IMG/VR virus record: IMGVR_UViG_3300050020_000061
Source of the DNA: a virus
DNA length: 64,000 nt
Strand: one strand, 5' to 3'
Positions 16,787 to 25,699 of this stretch are shown here, piece after piece. A program made the translations under genes and the position numbers. The notes beneath the pieces are model-generated. The model had not been told where the DNA came from, ran no database searches, and saw only the letters and a list, made by a program, of their open reading frames with translations. The first letter of the stretch is position 1. The number at the start of each line of letters is the position of its first letter.

Positions 16787-16948
16787 GTGTGTGAGAAGCA
16801 CGGCACCACGTTCAAGGTCGTGTGCGGCGAAGAGGTCTGCGGCGGCTGCTGGGCAGACGAGTTTCTCGGCCCTGAGCCCGCGAGGCGGCAGCGGCCGAAG
16901 GTCAAGGTCGAGGCGAAGATGCGCCACCACAGGGTGAGCAGGCACTGA
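16787..16948 (+). CDS. small Cys-rich protein (53 aa; below the ORF-track size cutoff)
   Basis: GTG 16787 after GGAGGTCAACCAC. VCEKHGTTFKVVCGEEVCGGCWADEF... Confidence 0.5.
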   Translation: MCEKHGTTFKVVCGEEVCGGCWADEFLGPEPARRQRPKVKVEAKMRHHRVSRH

Positions 16949-16949
16949 C

Positions 16950-17147
16950 ATGAAGTGCCGCTGCGGTCATGGGCTGGGCGTCCATCGCCCGACACCGAAT
17001 GCCCTCGCGAAGCGCCGCGCTCGCGTCCGCATCCACGGCTTCGGCGTGCCGCGCTGTCGGCGGGCATGCCAAGCGATCACGCGCCCCTTCGCCACCGCTC
17101 CCATCCACTGCAAGTGCCGAGACTGGCACCCGGAGGTCAACCGATGA
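16950..17147 (+). CDS. small Cys-rich protein (65 aa)
   Basis: MKCRCGHGLGVH...CKCRDWHPE shares the CxCGH...CxCxxW pattern with 17746-17976. Composition is Arg-rich, so confidence is modest. Confidence 0.4.
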   Translation: MKCRCGHGLGVHRPTPNALAKRRARVRIHGFGVPRCRRACQAITRPFATAPIHCKCRDWHPEVNR

Positions 17148-17407
17148 GCCTGTTCAGCACCACCACCTACGAGCGCACCGACCACGGGCTGGTCGAGACC
17201 CACGTCCCCGTCTTCGACGGCCCCTACGCCTTCAAGGTCGAGGTCAGCGATGACCGTGGGCGGCACTGGGCCACCAACGGCCTGCGCTGGGCCGATCAGG
17301 AAGGCGCTGAGAGCTGGGGCTACGGGCTCTCGATGCGCTGGTTCGGCTGCACCAACATCCGCGTCGTGCGGGAAGCGGACGGCGTCGTCGTCCGCGACAT
17401 CCTCTAG
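17144..17407 (+). CDS. hypothetical protein (87 aa)
   Basis: ATG 17144 after GGAGGTCAACCG. Confidence 0.6.
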   Translation: MSLFSTTTYERTDHGLVETHVPVFDGPYAFKVEVSDDRGRHWATNGLRWADQEGAESWGYGLSMRWFGCTNIRVVREADGVVVRDIL

Positions 17408-17416
17408 GAGGTCGAC

Positions 17417-17746
17417 ATGGGCAAGGCAATCCCGATGGGCCGCACGCGGCCCGCATCCAATCCGTGGCTGACGATCACCAACGGCGACTGGACGTGGAAG
17501 GTGCTGCAGGCACACGTCGCCAACCCCGACCAGAAGTACGCCTCGTGGTTCTGCGTCGTGGTCACGCCCTACACCGGCTCGCTGGGCGACATGGGTGACA
17601 CCTACATCAGCGAGGTGCAGGGCTACGTCACCCAGCGCGACCCCAGCGTCCCAGACGAGGCGCTGCCTCGTCACCTGCGCCACAACGCGGCCAAGAGCGT
17701 GACCCGCGTCAACGCCGGGTTCACCATCGTGGAAGTAGGGGACTGA
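17417..17746 (+). CDS. hypothetical protein (109 aa)
   Basis: ATG 17417 after AGGAGGTCGAC. Confidence 0.6.
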   Translation: MGKAIPMGRTRPASNPWLTITNGDWTWKVLQAHVANPDQKYASWFCVVVTPYTGSLGDMGDTYISEVQGYVTQRDPSVPDEALPRHLRHNAAKSVTRVNAGFTIVEVGD

Positions 17747-17976
17747 TGGCACGTCCATCGGACTGTGTCTGCGGCCACGACTACCGCGACCACACGTTGC
17801 TGGAGATCGACCAGCGACGAGGCTGCGAGATGTGCGCGTGCGAGGAGTGGCGCACCCCACCCTGCTCCGAGTGCGAGCACATCAAGGCCAATGGCGGCTT
17901 CGGGCCGCCCCACAACGCCAGCCCACGCTGCCAGTCTGGCGGCCACAACCACTGCACGTGCGATACTTGTTTCTAG
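17746..17976 (+). CDS. Cys-rich small protein (76 aa)
   Basis: ATG overlaps the upstream TGA. CVCGHDYRDH...CEMCACEEW...CSECEH...CTCDTC. Confidence 0.55.
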   Translation: MARPSDCVCGHDYRDHTLLEIDQRRGCEMCACEEWRTPPCSECEHIKANGGFGPPHNASPRCQSGGHNHCTCDTCF

Positions 17977-17995
17977 AAGCACATCCCGCTGTACA

Positions 17996-18430
17996 ATGGG
18001 TGTCATGAAGCGCACCTGCCGGTTCTGCGGCACCAATGACCAAGCCGCGTTCTACGACCCCACCACCACATCTGGCATTGCCGCCGGTCATTGCTGCCGA
18101 TCCTGCTGGGTCGAGAAGAGCGTGGAGTGGCGGCGAACGCATCGAGACCAATGGAACCGGAAGCGCCATCGCACGATGACCATCAGGAAGTTGGGCATCG
18201 ACGGCGAGACGTACGACGCGCTCATGGTCGAGGCTAGGTGCGCCGCCTGCGGAGCCACGGAGGGTCAGGTCAGGAACGGCAAGCCGTCCCGGCTGGTCAT
18301 AGACCACGACCACGCTACAGGCCGCATCCGGGGCATCCTCTGCCACTCCTGCAACTTGGCTCTAGCCAACGCCAACGACGACCCGGCCATCCTTCGGGGG
18401 CTGATCGTCTATCTCGATACGTGCTTCTGA
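17996..18430 (+). CDS. Endonuclease VII-family (HNH-type) homing endonuclease (alternative start ATG 18005)
   Basis: CAACGATEGQVRNGKPSRLVIDHDHATGRIRGILCHSCNLALANANDD is the Endo VII signature (C-x2-C ... DHDH-x-tG-x-iRG-x-LC-x2-CN). TACAAT at 17992-17997 lies only 7 nt before ATG 18005, so the transcript may be leaderless. Confidence 0.8.
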   Translation: MGVMKRTCRFCGTNDQAAFYDPTTTSGIAAGHCCRSCWVEKSVEWRRTHRDQWNRKRHRTMTIRKLGIDGETYDALMVEARCAACGATEGQVRNGKPSRLVIDHDHATGRIRGILCHSCNLALANANDDPAILRGLIVYLDTCF

Positions 18431-18440
18431 GGAGGTCAAC

Positions 18441-18677
18441 ATGAAGCGTTTCGTGCTCAATCCGACGGAGGAGCGGCTCCTCCTCCACGTCCTGTCTGAG
18501 TACAGGGCGGCCCGCTTCGGTCGCGACCGAGCCAAGGCCAACCTCGCCAACGTCAACGATCACATCGGCTGGCGGCGCGAATTCGAGCGCGGCCTCGCCA
18601 CGGAGAGCCTCAACATCAACCGCGAGTCGATCCGCATCCTCACCGACGTCACCAGCATCCTGAGGACCCAACGATGA
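18441..18677 (+). CDS. hypothetical protein (78 aa)
   Basis: ATG 18441 directly after GGAGGTCAAC. Confidence 0.6.
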   Translation: MKRFVLNPTEERLLLHVLSEYRAARFGRDRAKANLANVNDHIGWRREFERGLATESLNINRESIRILTDVTSILRTQR

Positions 18678-18850
18678 CGACTCAGGAAGAGAACCTCGCC
18701 GTGATGGCGAGCGAGATGCGGGCAGCCCGGAACCTCAACACGAGGCTCCACGACATCTGCCCCAAGTGCCGCCAGTGCCTCCGCAACCACGGGCAGCCCC
18801 GGCCGCCCGCCCACCTCGACACGTGCCCAGACAAGGAGCCCCAGCCATGA
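18674..18850 (+). CDS. small Cys-containing protein (58 aa; below the ORF-track cutoff)
   Basis: ATGA coupling at both ends. MTTQEENLAVMASEMRAARNLNTRLHDICPKCRQC... Confidence 0.45.
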   Translation: MTTQEENLAVMASEMRAARNLNTRLHDICPKCRQCLRNHGQPRPPAHLDTCPDKEPQP

Positions 18851-19479
18851 TGTCAGCCCAGTTGATCAAGGACGTCTCCGACGTCGCAGCCTACCGGGCG
18901 GCCGAAGAGGACCGGAAGCCACTCAGCATCTGGTCCGAGCGCGACTCGACCCACATCCCGTTCCTCGGGGACTACGTGCCCGAGGGCTGGCGCATCGCCA
19001 AGTGCAGCGAGCTGGTCGAGCAGCCGGGCACGATGTGGCACTACAACCCCGACGAGGAGGTCACCTTCATGGTCGACTCCTCCGGCTTCGGCTCCCCCGG
19101 CGAGCCAGCCCTGACCATCCCCGAGTTCGGCCGGTTCGCCGTCGCCTCGGGCATGGCGTGGGCCATCCGCGAGGCGGGCCAGTTCCAGATCGTGGTCTCG
19201 CCCTACATCGAGGACCCCGAGTCCCCCGGCGTCCCCGCCCCCAGCGAGGACGACGTGATCTGCAAGGAGTGCCACACGATCCACGACGGTCTCGAAGAGT
19301 GCGACTTCGATCCCTACACCTGTGAGCACGAGAGCGTGGACACCCGTGACGAAGCAGACGGGGTCGCCTTCGGTGGCGCATCGCGCCACGAGGTCAACAC
19401 CTGCCTCAACTGCGGAGCCGATCTGTACATGTCCGAGCCCGACGAGGACGGCCAGACCCACTGGGAGGTCGAGGACTGA
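18847..19479 (+). CDS. hypothetical protein (210 aa) with acidic, Cys-rich C-terminal part
   Basis: I trimmed the start to ATG 18847 (MMSAQLIKDV...). Confidence 0.55.
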   Translation: MMSAQLIKDVSDVAAYRAAEEDRKPLSIWSERDSTHIPFLGDYVPEGWRIAKCSELVEQPGTMWHYNPDEEVTFMVDSSGFGSPGEPALTIPEFGRFAVASGMAWAIREAGQFQIVVSPYIEDPESPGVPAPSEDDVICKECHTIHDGLEECDFDPYTCEHESVDTRDEADGVAFGGASRHEVNTCLNCGADLYMSEPDEDGQTHWEVED

Positions 19480-19613
19480 TGAGGAACCCCAAGACGATCC
19501 CCACCCCGGGGCAGAAGTGCTCCTCGTGCGGGGCCAAGGCCAACTTCCAGTGCTCCTGCGGCTGCGGAGCCGCAGGCTGCTTCAAGTGCAAGCGTGAAGG
19601 GAAGATCGGATGA
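19479..19613 (+). CDS. small zinc-ribbon protein (44 aa)
   Basis: MRNPKTIPTPGQKCSSCGAKANFQCSCGCGAAGCFKCKREGKIG. Coupled at both ends. Confidence 0.45.
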   Translation: MRNPKTIPTPGQKCSSCGAKANFQCSCGCGAAGCFKCKREGKIG

Positions 19614-19894
19614 CTGAGCGCGTAGGCCCTGACATGAGCGCCCTCTACCGCGAGGACGCCACCTTCGAGGAGACCATCGAGGTCTACCAGTACATGATCG
19701 ACACCGGTCAGGCGTGGCACATGGAAGGCCACGTCGGACGCACCGCCATGCGCCTGATCGAGGACGGCTTCTGCACGCTGGGTCCGAAGCGCGTCAAGGA
19801 CTACTGGGGCAACACCATCCCGGCCATCACCGACGTGGTGCCGGGGACGAAGGGGAGCGCGGAGTACGCGCAGCAGAGGCAGGCGGCGCGGTGA
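19610..19894 (+). CDS. hypothetical protein (94 aa)
   Basis: ATGA coupling. Clean ORF. Confidence 0.55.
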   Translation: MTERVGPDMSALYREDATFEETIEVYQYMIDTGQAWHMEGHVGRTAMRLIEDGFCTLGPKRVKDYWGNTIPAITDVVPGTKGSAEYAQQRQAAR

Positions 19895-20172
19895 TCACCC
19901 ACGAGGCCATCCACGCGGCCACCGTCTACCGCATCCACGTCATCGACGAGCCCGTGATGGAGACGTGGGACATCACGGTCAACTGGACGCGCTACATCCT
20001 CGCCGAGACCGGCTGGGAGCGCGGCCATGGCGAGTGGATCACGCTCAGCGAAGACTCCGTCGCGTGGAGCTACATCGCCGAGAAGATGCCCAAGCTCGCC
20101 CAGCGCATCGGCGACAGGCCCGGATGGGTCAAGGCGTTCGCCTTGGCCGGGATCGAGGTCTTCGGTTGGTGA
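19891..20172 (+). CDS. hypothetical protein (93 aa)
   Basis: GTG 19891 in a GTGA overlap. Confidence 0.5.
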   Translation: MITHEAIHAATVYRIHVIDEPVMETWDITVNWTRYILAETGWERGHGEWITLSEDSVAWSYIAEKMPKLAQRIGDRPGWVKAFALAGIEVFGW

Positions 20173-20339
20173 ACGTCTACCGCGTCACCTACTGGAAGGG
20201 CCACGGCCTGACCACCACCGTCACAGTGTCCGCCAACAGCGCGCAGGAGGCCCGCGAGGAGGCCCAGCGACGCGACCCGAAGTACATCGTCAACGCCAAG
20301 CCGCCCCGCATCGTCTACAAGGAGGTCAACCGATCATGA
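20169..20339 (+). CDS. hypothetical small protein (56 aa)
   Basis: GTG 20169 in a GTGA overlap. Confidence 0.45.
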   Translation: MNVYRVTYWKGHGLTTTVTVSANSAQEAREEAQRRDPKYIVNAKPPRIVYKEVNRS

Positions 20340-20593
20340 GCGAGCTTCACTTCCTCGTTGTCTTCGACACCGAGACCAGCACCTTCCGGGTGGGCTCTCT
20401 GGACGAGGGACCGACCGACTCCCGCCAGCCCGTCTGGGACATCGAGGCCGACAAGTGGCGCAGGCCCACGGACGAAGAGTCCAGCCTCGCGGTCGATGCC
20501 GAGGGCGTCCTGATCCATGCGGTCAAGGACATCGGCATCCCGGTCAGCGCCGAGCCCGGATCGCTCGCCGACCGACTGGTCGGTGGACTGTGA
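20336..20593 (+). CDS. hypothetical acidic protein (85 aa)
   Basis: ATG 20336 after GGAGGTCAACCGATC. Confidence 0.55.
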   Translation: MSELHFLVVFDTETSTFRVGSLDEGPTDSRQPVWDIEADKWRRPTDEESSLAVDAEGVLIHAVKDIGIPVSAEPGSLADRLVGGL

Positions 20594-21540
20594 GCCCCCA
20601 GATCCGGTATCGCGAGATCAACCTGCGGCCTGCGGCCCTCGCCATCGTGGAGCAGGCCAACCAGATCGCCCGGGACTATCGGGCAGGAGGCGACAGCCTC
20701 ACCCTCCGCCAGCTCTACTACAGGTTCGTGGCGGGCGGGCTCATCGCCAACAGGGACACCGAGTACAAGCGCCTCGGCTCGATCCTCAACGACGCCCGAT
20801 ACGCGGGCCTGTTCGACTGGTCCTACATCACCGACCGCACCCGCAACGTCCGTGGCGGCGACGGAGCGGACGAGGAGCCCAGCGACGTGATCAGCACCGT
20901 CCACTTCTACGCTGCCCTGTGGCAGGGCCAGAAGGAGCGGGTCGAGGTCTGGGTCGAGAAGGACGCGCTCGTGGACGTCGTGGGACGCGCCACGAACCCC
21001 CTCCGCACGCCCTACTTCTCCTGCCGTGGCTACACCTCGGCGTCCGAGGTCTGGGCGGCTGCGCGTCGGATCGAGGGCTACTTCGACACCGACGGCGTCG
21101 AGCACGTCACGATCCTGCACCTCGGCGACCACGACCCCTCGGGCATCGACATGACCCGCGACATCACCGAGCGCCTTGAACTGTTCCTCGATGGGGACGG
21201 CTACGACGCCGGGAACCTGACCGTGGACCGGATCGCCCTGAACCGGCCCCAGATCGACCAGTACAACCCGCCTCCCAACCCGGCCAAGATCACGGACAGC
21301 CGCGCCACCGGCTACATCCGCATCCATGGCCGCTCGTCGTGGGAGCTTGACGCGCTCGAGCCCCGCGTCCTGCGCGACCTGATCACCTCGCGCCTCTCGC
21401 CCCTAATCGACCAGACCCTTTGGAGTGAGCGGATCGACTTCGAGCGCGAGGGCAACGTCACCCTGCGGGCGTTCAAGACCCACTACGACCGGATCCACTC
21501 GTTCCTCGTCGACGAGGGCCTGCTGGAAGACTCCGAATGA
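20590..21540 (+). CDS. Topoisomerase VI subunit A / Spo11-like protein (winged-helix 5Y-CAP plus Toprim)
   Basis: GTG 20590 in a GTGA overlap. Three ordered motifs are present: TLRQLYYRFV (tandem Tyr), VEVWVEKDALVDVV (Toprim Glu) and HLGDHDPSGIDM (Toprim DxD). Confidence 0.55.
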   Translation: MSPQIRYREINLRPAALAIVEQANQIARDYRAGGDSLTLRQLYYRFVAGGLIANRDTEYKRLGSILNDARYAGLFDWSYITDRTRNVRGGDGADEEPSDVISTVHFYAALWQGQKERVEVWVEKDALVDVVGRATNPLRTPYFSCRGYTSASEVWAAARRIEGYFDTDGVEHVTILHLGDHDPSGIDMTRDITERLELFLDGDGYDAGNLTVDRIALNRPQIDQYNPPPNPAKITDSRATGYIRIHGRSSWELDALEPRVLRDLITSRLSPLIDQTLWSERIDFEREGNVTLRAFKTHYDRIHSFLVDEGLLEDSE

Positions 21541-21644
21541 GCGCCGGGAAGCTCAGCGAGTACATCCTCGCTGGCGTCCTGCTCTTCCTGATCGGCTATC
21601 TCTGGCTGGTCACCATCCTCGTACAAGCACCGAAGGGAGCCTGA
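21537..21644 (+). CDS. 35-aa single-pass membrane peptide
   Basis: ATGA overlap. MSAGKLSEYILAGVLLFLIGYLWLVTILVQAPKGA. Confidence 0.4.
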   Translation: MSAGKLSEYILAGVLLFLIGYLWLVTILVQAPKGA

Positions 21645-21647
21645 CCC

Positions 21648-22205
21648 ATGGGCCAGTACCACGTCATCGTGAACCTCGACAAGGGCGAATACATCCACCC
21701 CCACAAGCTGGGCGATGGCCTCAAGTGGGGCGAGCAGGCAAGCTCCGAGCTTGGCATCATGACCGCGCTCTGGGCCGCGATCACCTGCCCCGAGCCGCGT
21801 GGTGGCGGCGATCCCAACGAGCACCCGTGGGTCGGCCGCTGGCACGGCGACCGCGTCGTGATGGTCGGCGACTACGCCGAGGACAAGGACCGCCCCGACG
21901 TCCCCCAGTGGGGAGCCCTGTACAGCCGATGCCAAGGCCCCGAGCACTTCGCTGATCACATCGCCAGCGAGCGGGAGCGCCTCGACGAGGCCAGCCGCGA
22001 TCACGTCTACGCCAAGCCGGTCGAGTGGGTCGATGCCGTGGAGGCGGCCGGTCCCCTCCTCGACGTCTCGCTGGTCGCGCAGACCTTCCTGACCGCCCAG
22101 TACGGCCTCGTGTTCAAGGGCACGGGCTGGGTGGAGCGCACCCGCCCCGGCAGGAAGAAGCCACGAACCGTGCTCGCCCCCGACATGGTCATCAATCTGG
22201 GATAG
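21648..22205 (+). CDS. hypothetical protein (185 aa)
   Basis: Clean ORF; ATG 3 nt after the upstream stop. Confidence 0.55.
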   Translation: MGQYHVIVNLDKGEYIHPHKLGDGLKWGEQASSELGIMTALWAAITCPEPRGGGDPNEHPWVGRWHGDRVVMVGDYAEDKDRPDVPQWGALYSRCQGPEHFADHIASERERLDEASRDHVYAKPVEWVDAVEAAGPLLDVSLVAQTFLTAQYGLVFKGTGWVERTRPGRKKPRTVLAPDMVINLG

Positions 22206-22231
22206 ACATTCCCAACACGGACGTCTAAGAT
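22203..22231 (+). promoter_or_regulatory. internal promoter candidate
   Basis: TAGACA, 17-nt spacer, TAAGAT. The spacer contains CCCAACACGG, as in the 15099 promoter. An AT-rich -10 is conspicuous in this GC-rich DNA. Confidence 0.55.
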
Positions 22232-22252
22232 ACGCAACAGGAGGTCAACCTG

Positions 22253-22567
22253 ATGAGCATCGTTCCTAGCCCCACCCCTCGCGAGGTCTACGAGCCCCGC
22301 TTCTGGAAGGGTCGCATCTGGGTCGTGGGCGGCCCGTTCCAAGGCGTCGGGTTCATCACCCGCTGCCCCTACGGGGTCGCCATGAACCTGTCCGAGATCC
22401 TGACGCGGGCCTGCGCCCGACGCCAGATCACCCGCTACACCTTCGGCCCCATGCCAGCGGCCGAGCTGAAGCGGCTCCCCAAGGCCACCAAGAACGCCCC
22501 CGAGCTGCGCTACGAGCCCGTGCTGTCGAAGCTGGCGGGCGAGTGGCAGATCGACTGGTCAGCCTGA
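22253..22567 (+). CDS. hypothetical protein (104 aa)
   Basis: ATG 22253 after GGAGGTCAACCTG. Confidence 0.6.
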   Translation: MSIVPSPTPREVYEPRFWKGRIWVVGGPFQGVGFITRCPYGVAMNLSEILTRACARRQITRYTFGPMPAAELKRLPKATKNAPELRYEPVLSKLAGEWQIDWSA

Positions 22568-22737
22568 TGGCGGGGGCTGGATGCCTCACCGCCATCCTCC
22601 TCATCTTCGTGGGCGGCGTCATGAACGCCGTCACGCGAGGACGTGAGGCACGCGAGGAGGAGAAACGCTGGCCGAAGAAGGAGTGGGGGAAGGACTCGCA
22701 CGGCAGCCACTACCCACTGGACGGGAGATGGAAGTGA
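22567..22737 (+). CDS. small membrane protein (56 aa)
   Basis: I trimmed the start to ATG 22567. MAGAGCLTAILLIFVGGVMNAV, then a charged tail. Confidence 0.45.
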   Translation: MAGAGCLTAILLIFVGGVMNAVTRGREAREEEKRWPKKEWGKDSHGSHYPLDGRWK

Positions 22738-23138
22738 GCCGCACCTACGGCAGCCTGATCCGTGATCTGGGCCTCACCCCATGTCACGGCATCGGGCCCT
22801 CCGGGCACCACTGCGACCTCGACCACCGCGCTGGGGCGAGCGACCCCGGCGTGGTCCACACACTCGACGGACCCGTGGGCCGGTGGCCCGACATCAAGCG
22901 GTTCCTGCTGCTCTGCGCCAGAGCCAAGGACCCCACCCTCTGGGCGTCCTACGACGAGCCCGTCTGGCTCAAGGTCTACCGGGGCAACGTGGCAGCCCGG
23001 TATATCGGGTGGCAGATCCACATCCGCGTCCCAGCCCGCTACCACCGCTTCGACAAGATGATCGTGCTCTCTGGCGTGACCCTTCTCAGCAACGACGTTC
23101 CGCTCCGCAAGCAGGCGTTCGACTGGGCGAGGCGCTGA
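22734..23138 (+). CDS. hypothetical protein (134 aa; alternative start ATG 22728)
   Basis: GTG 22734 in a GTGA overlap, with GGGAG 6 nt upstream. Confidence 0.5.
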   Translation: MSRTYGSLIRDLGLTPCHGIGPSGHHCDLDHRAGASDPGVVHTLDGPVGRWPDIKRFLLLCARAKDPTLWASYDEPVWLKVYRGNVAARYIGWQIHIRVPARYHRFDKMIVLSGVTLLSNDVPLRKQAFDWARR

Positions 23139-24145
23139 TGTGGCGGAATGACCTCGTCGACGACGTGCTGGCAGGCAAGTTCGATCACCTCAAGGAGGAA
23201 CGCATGGCATCAACGCTTCCCACCATCGACTGGCAGAAGGACGATCACACCCCACCTCGCAGCAACGAAGACGTGACCCAGATCATGCTGGTCGAGGGTG
23301 TCAGCAGGCGGCGGGCTTACAGGATCCTCCAGCAGAGACGAGCGGCCGAGGTGGACATCAGCAACGTCTCCGAAGGCCAGCGCGTGGCCGTGCTGGGCGT
23401 CCTGATCAACGTCCACGAGTCCCGCAAGGATGTCCACTCCCTGATCGAGGAGTGCCACGCCGTCGGCGTGAAGATCGACGGCCACGACGTCACCAAGACC
23501 CTGTTCGCCCTCCAGCATCAGGGCTTCGTCAGGTTCCGCGAGCGCAACCGCCCGCGCACCCTCTACGCCATCGTCGTGACCCACGCAGGGAACGACGCGT
23601 GGCTCAGGCGCAACCCGTCCAAGAACCTGCTGCTTCTGGAAGAGGCCGAGGCATCGGTGGCGCTCGACCACGGTGAGGCTGAGACACAGGTCGCGGAGGG
23701 CGCTCACACGGCCAAGGGGCCGGTCATGGAAGTGACAACCGTACGCGACCCAGAGGTCGTGGCGGCCATCGAGGGAGCCCGCATGCTCCAGCAGGCAGTC
23801 AACGCTCTGGGCGCTGGGCCCAAGGACATCGTCAACCCCGACGGCAACGCACCGGGAACCCCACGCTGGAAGTACAACGGCGCTGACCTCGTCGAGGGAC
23901 CCCAGAGCAACCCAGACGACTTCATCTACCGCCCGTGGATCAAGTACAGCCTGACCGGCTGGCCGATGTTCCGCGCCATCCGCGACCGCTACACGCGGGC
24001 ACAGAAGCTCAACGCCGCCGCCAAGCTGCTGGAAGAGGCTGGCGGGCAGGACGAGATGGTGCTCACCCTGATGGGCGAGACCGAGTTCACGCAGCTCGAG
24101 GAAGAGGTTCTCGAGCTGCTCAAGAAGTGTGGGGAGATCGAGTGA
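23138..24145 (+). CDS. hypothetical protein with a winged-helix-like central region (335 aa)
   Basis: I trimmed the start to ATG 23138 (MWRNDLVDDV...). LIEECHAVGVKIDGHDVTKTLFALQHQGFVRFRERNRP resembles a wHTH. Weak call. Confidence 0.5.
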   Translation: MWRNDLVDDVLAGKFDHLKEERMASTLPTIDWQKDDHTPPRSNEDVTQIMLVEGVSRRRAYRILQQRRAAEVDISNVSEGQRVAVLGVLINVHESRKDVHSLIEECHAVGVKIDGHDVTKTLFALQHQGFVRFRERNRPRTLYAIVVTHAGNDAWLRRNPSKNLLLLEEAEASVALDHGEAETQVAEGAHTAKGPVMEVTTVRDPEVVAAIEGARMLQQAVNALGAGPKDIVNPDGNAPGTPRWKYNGADLVEGPQSNPDDFIYRPWIKYSLTGWPMFRAIRDRYTRAQKLNAAAKLLEEAGGQDEMVLTLMGETEFTQLEEEVLELLKKCGEIE

Positions 24146-24261
24146 CCCCCGAACAGGCGATCTCGACGAGTCTCGGCCTGTTCTCGATCACCTGCTGCCT
24201 CATCGCCATCTACCTCAGGCTGGGCGAGATCCACTCGACCCTCAAGGAAGGAGCCAAGTGA
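24142..24261 (+). CDS. 39-aa membrane peptide
   Basis: GTG 24142 in a GTGA overlap. ISTSLGLFSITCCLIAIYL. Confidence 0.35.
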   Translation: MTPEQAISTSLGLFSITCCLIAIYLRLGEIHSTLKEGAK

Positions 24262-24662
24262 GAGAGCTTCTGGTCTTCGGTGAGAAGACCTTCAAGATCA
24301 GCATCCCCGACGACGCGAAGATCACCTTCGGACCGTGGAGCCCGCCCAGCGCAGGCGTCAAGGCGTACGACAGCCCCAAGGCGCTGTCGGGCACCCTGCG
24401 CGTCTACGAGAACGCCAAGTCAGGAGCCAGCGTGCTCGCCGTGTTCAGCGGCGTGAACGGCTACCGCGACACGTCTCTCGGCTACGCCGAGGAGGTTGCC
24501 CGCGAGGAGTGGGCGACGATCTGGAAGAGCGACGAGCACGGCTACCAGCGCGAGGAGCGCGTCTCCGCGCAGACCAAGTGGGTCGACTCCGCTGGTCTCC
24601 TCGGCGACGGCAAGAAGAAGCGCCCCGGCAGGGGCAAGAAAGAGAAGGAGGTCGAGTTCTAG
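24258..24662 (+). CDS. hypothetical protein (134 aa) with Lys-rich tail
   Basis: GTG 24258 in a GTGA overlap. Confidence 0.5.
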   Translation: MRELLVFGEKTFKISIPDDAKITFGPWSPPSAGVKAYDSPKALSGTLRVYENAKSGASVLAVFSGVNGYRDTSLGYAEEVAREEWATIWKSDEHGYQREERVSAQTKWVDSAGLLGDGKKKRPGRGKKEKEVEF

Positions 24663-25036
24663 TGGGCATCAAGCTCAACATCGAGATCACGTCCCCGATG
24701 GACGCACGCGACCACGAGCTGCTCTCGGGCATCGCGGTCATGACCCTCGCCATCGCCAACCACGAGCTGGCCGAGCAGCGGTTCCCCGAGGCCTTCGAGG
24801 ATCCGGGCGAGAAGGCAACGCAGGAGGCTCTCGACAGCCTCGTCAAGGACGGCCTGCTGGAGGAGGTCAAGGAGCCCGACGCCACCCCGCCGAAGCTCTG
24901 CGGCGTCCTCGCAGATCCCCCCGACGGGGACATGATCTGCGTCAGCGAGGTGGGCTCGAACGGCCTCCACAAGGGCCGCCACAAGTTCCGCCCGATCCAG
25001 AGCGTCGAAGCCCAGCTCGCGCCTCTGGCGAACTGA
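24662..25036 (+). CDS. hypothetical acidic protein (124 aa)
   Basis: GTG 24662 after GAAGGAGGTCGAG. Confidence 0.5.
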   Translation: MGIKLNIEITSPMDARDHELLSGIAVMTLAIANHELAEQRFPEAFEDPGEKATQEALDSLVKDGLLEEVKEPDATPPKLCGVLADPPDGDMICVSEVGSNGLHKGRHKFRPIQSVEAQLAPLAN

Positions 25037-25039
25037 TCC

Positions 25040-25306
25040 ATGCCCCCTCTCCCGGCAGAGGGGCAGGCGCAGCACGAGCTGCTCCTGCTCCTCCGCCACC
25101 ACATCGACACCGCCATGCGGTATCCCTCCTACGAAGCCGTCACCCTCGCGGTCGACTTCGCCAAGGCCCACCCCCGTGCCCTGCGGGGTGGTCACTTCGC
25201 CCACCTTCTCGGCGTGCGCCGATGGAAGTGGTTGGCAGAGCAGGGCGTCTACCCGTTCCAGTCGCTCAATGAGGCCCTCGGTCCAGCAGGGGAGGTCAAC
25301 CTATGA
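25040..25306 (+). CDS. hypothetical protein (88 aa)
   Basis: Clean ORF. Confidence 0.5.
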   Translation: MPPLPAEGQAQHELLLLLRHHIDTAMRYPSYEAVTLAVDFAKAHPRALRGGHFAHLLGVRRWKWLAEQGVYPFQSLNEALGPAGEVNL

Positions 25307-25458
25307 CCCTCCGCGTCCAGCGGTTCGTCGACGACGACCTCACCATCCACATCGGCTGGCTCCAGATCTACCGCTGGTCGAGGGTTCTCGCGGCAGCGCG
25401 TGATCGCTACGTCCACGGACTGGTCACCATTGGCCCGTGGACGGTGGCCGAGTGGTGA
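25303..25458 (+). CDS. hypothetical small protein (51 aa; below the ORF-track cutoff)
   Basis: ATG 25303 after GGAGGTCAACCT. Confidence 0.45.
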   Translation: MTLRVQRFVDDDLTIHIGWLQIYRWSRVLAAARDRYVHGLVTIGPWTVAEW

Positions 25459-25459
25459 T

Positions 25460-25699
25460 ATGCCGAAGTGGAACGAGTACCGCGTCAGGTGCAAGGTCTG
25501 CGGCTGGCGCGGCGTCCGTCACGCTCGCGACTGCGAGTGCTACGAGGACTGGGTGATGTACTGCCGACCTGACGGGCCGGGGCCGGGTTGCCCATCGTGG
25601 GTCACCTACCCCTGCCCGCAGGGGCACCTCAATCAGGGGAAGACGTACCTCTGGCGCGAGTCGGACAGCGCCGTCGTCGTCACCCAGAGACCAGCATGA
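25460..25699 (+). CDS. Cys-rich small protein (79 aa)
   Basis: I trimmed the start to ATG 25460. CKVCGWRGVRHARDCECYEDW...CPSW...CPQGH. Confidence 0.5.
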   Translation: MPKWNEYRVRCKVCGWRGVRHARDCECYEDWVMYCRPDGPGPGCPSWVTYPCPQGHLNQGKTYLWRESDSAVVVTQRPA

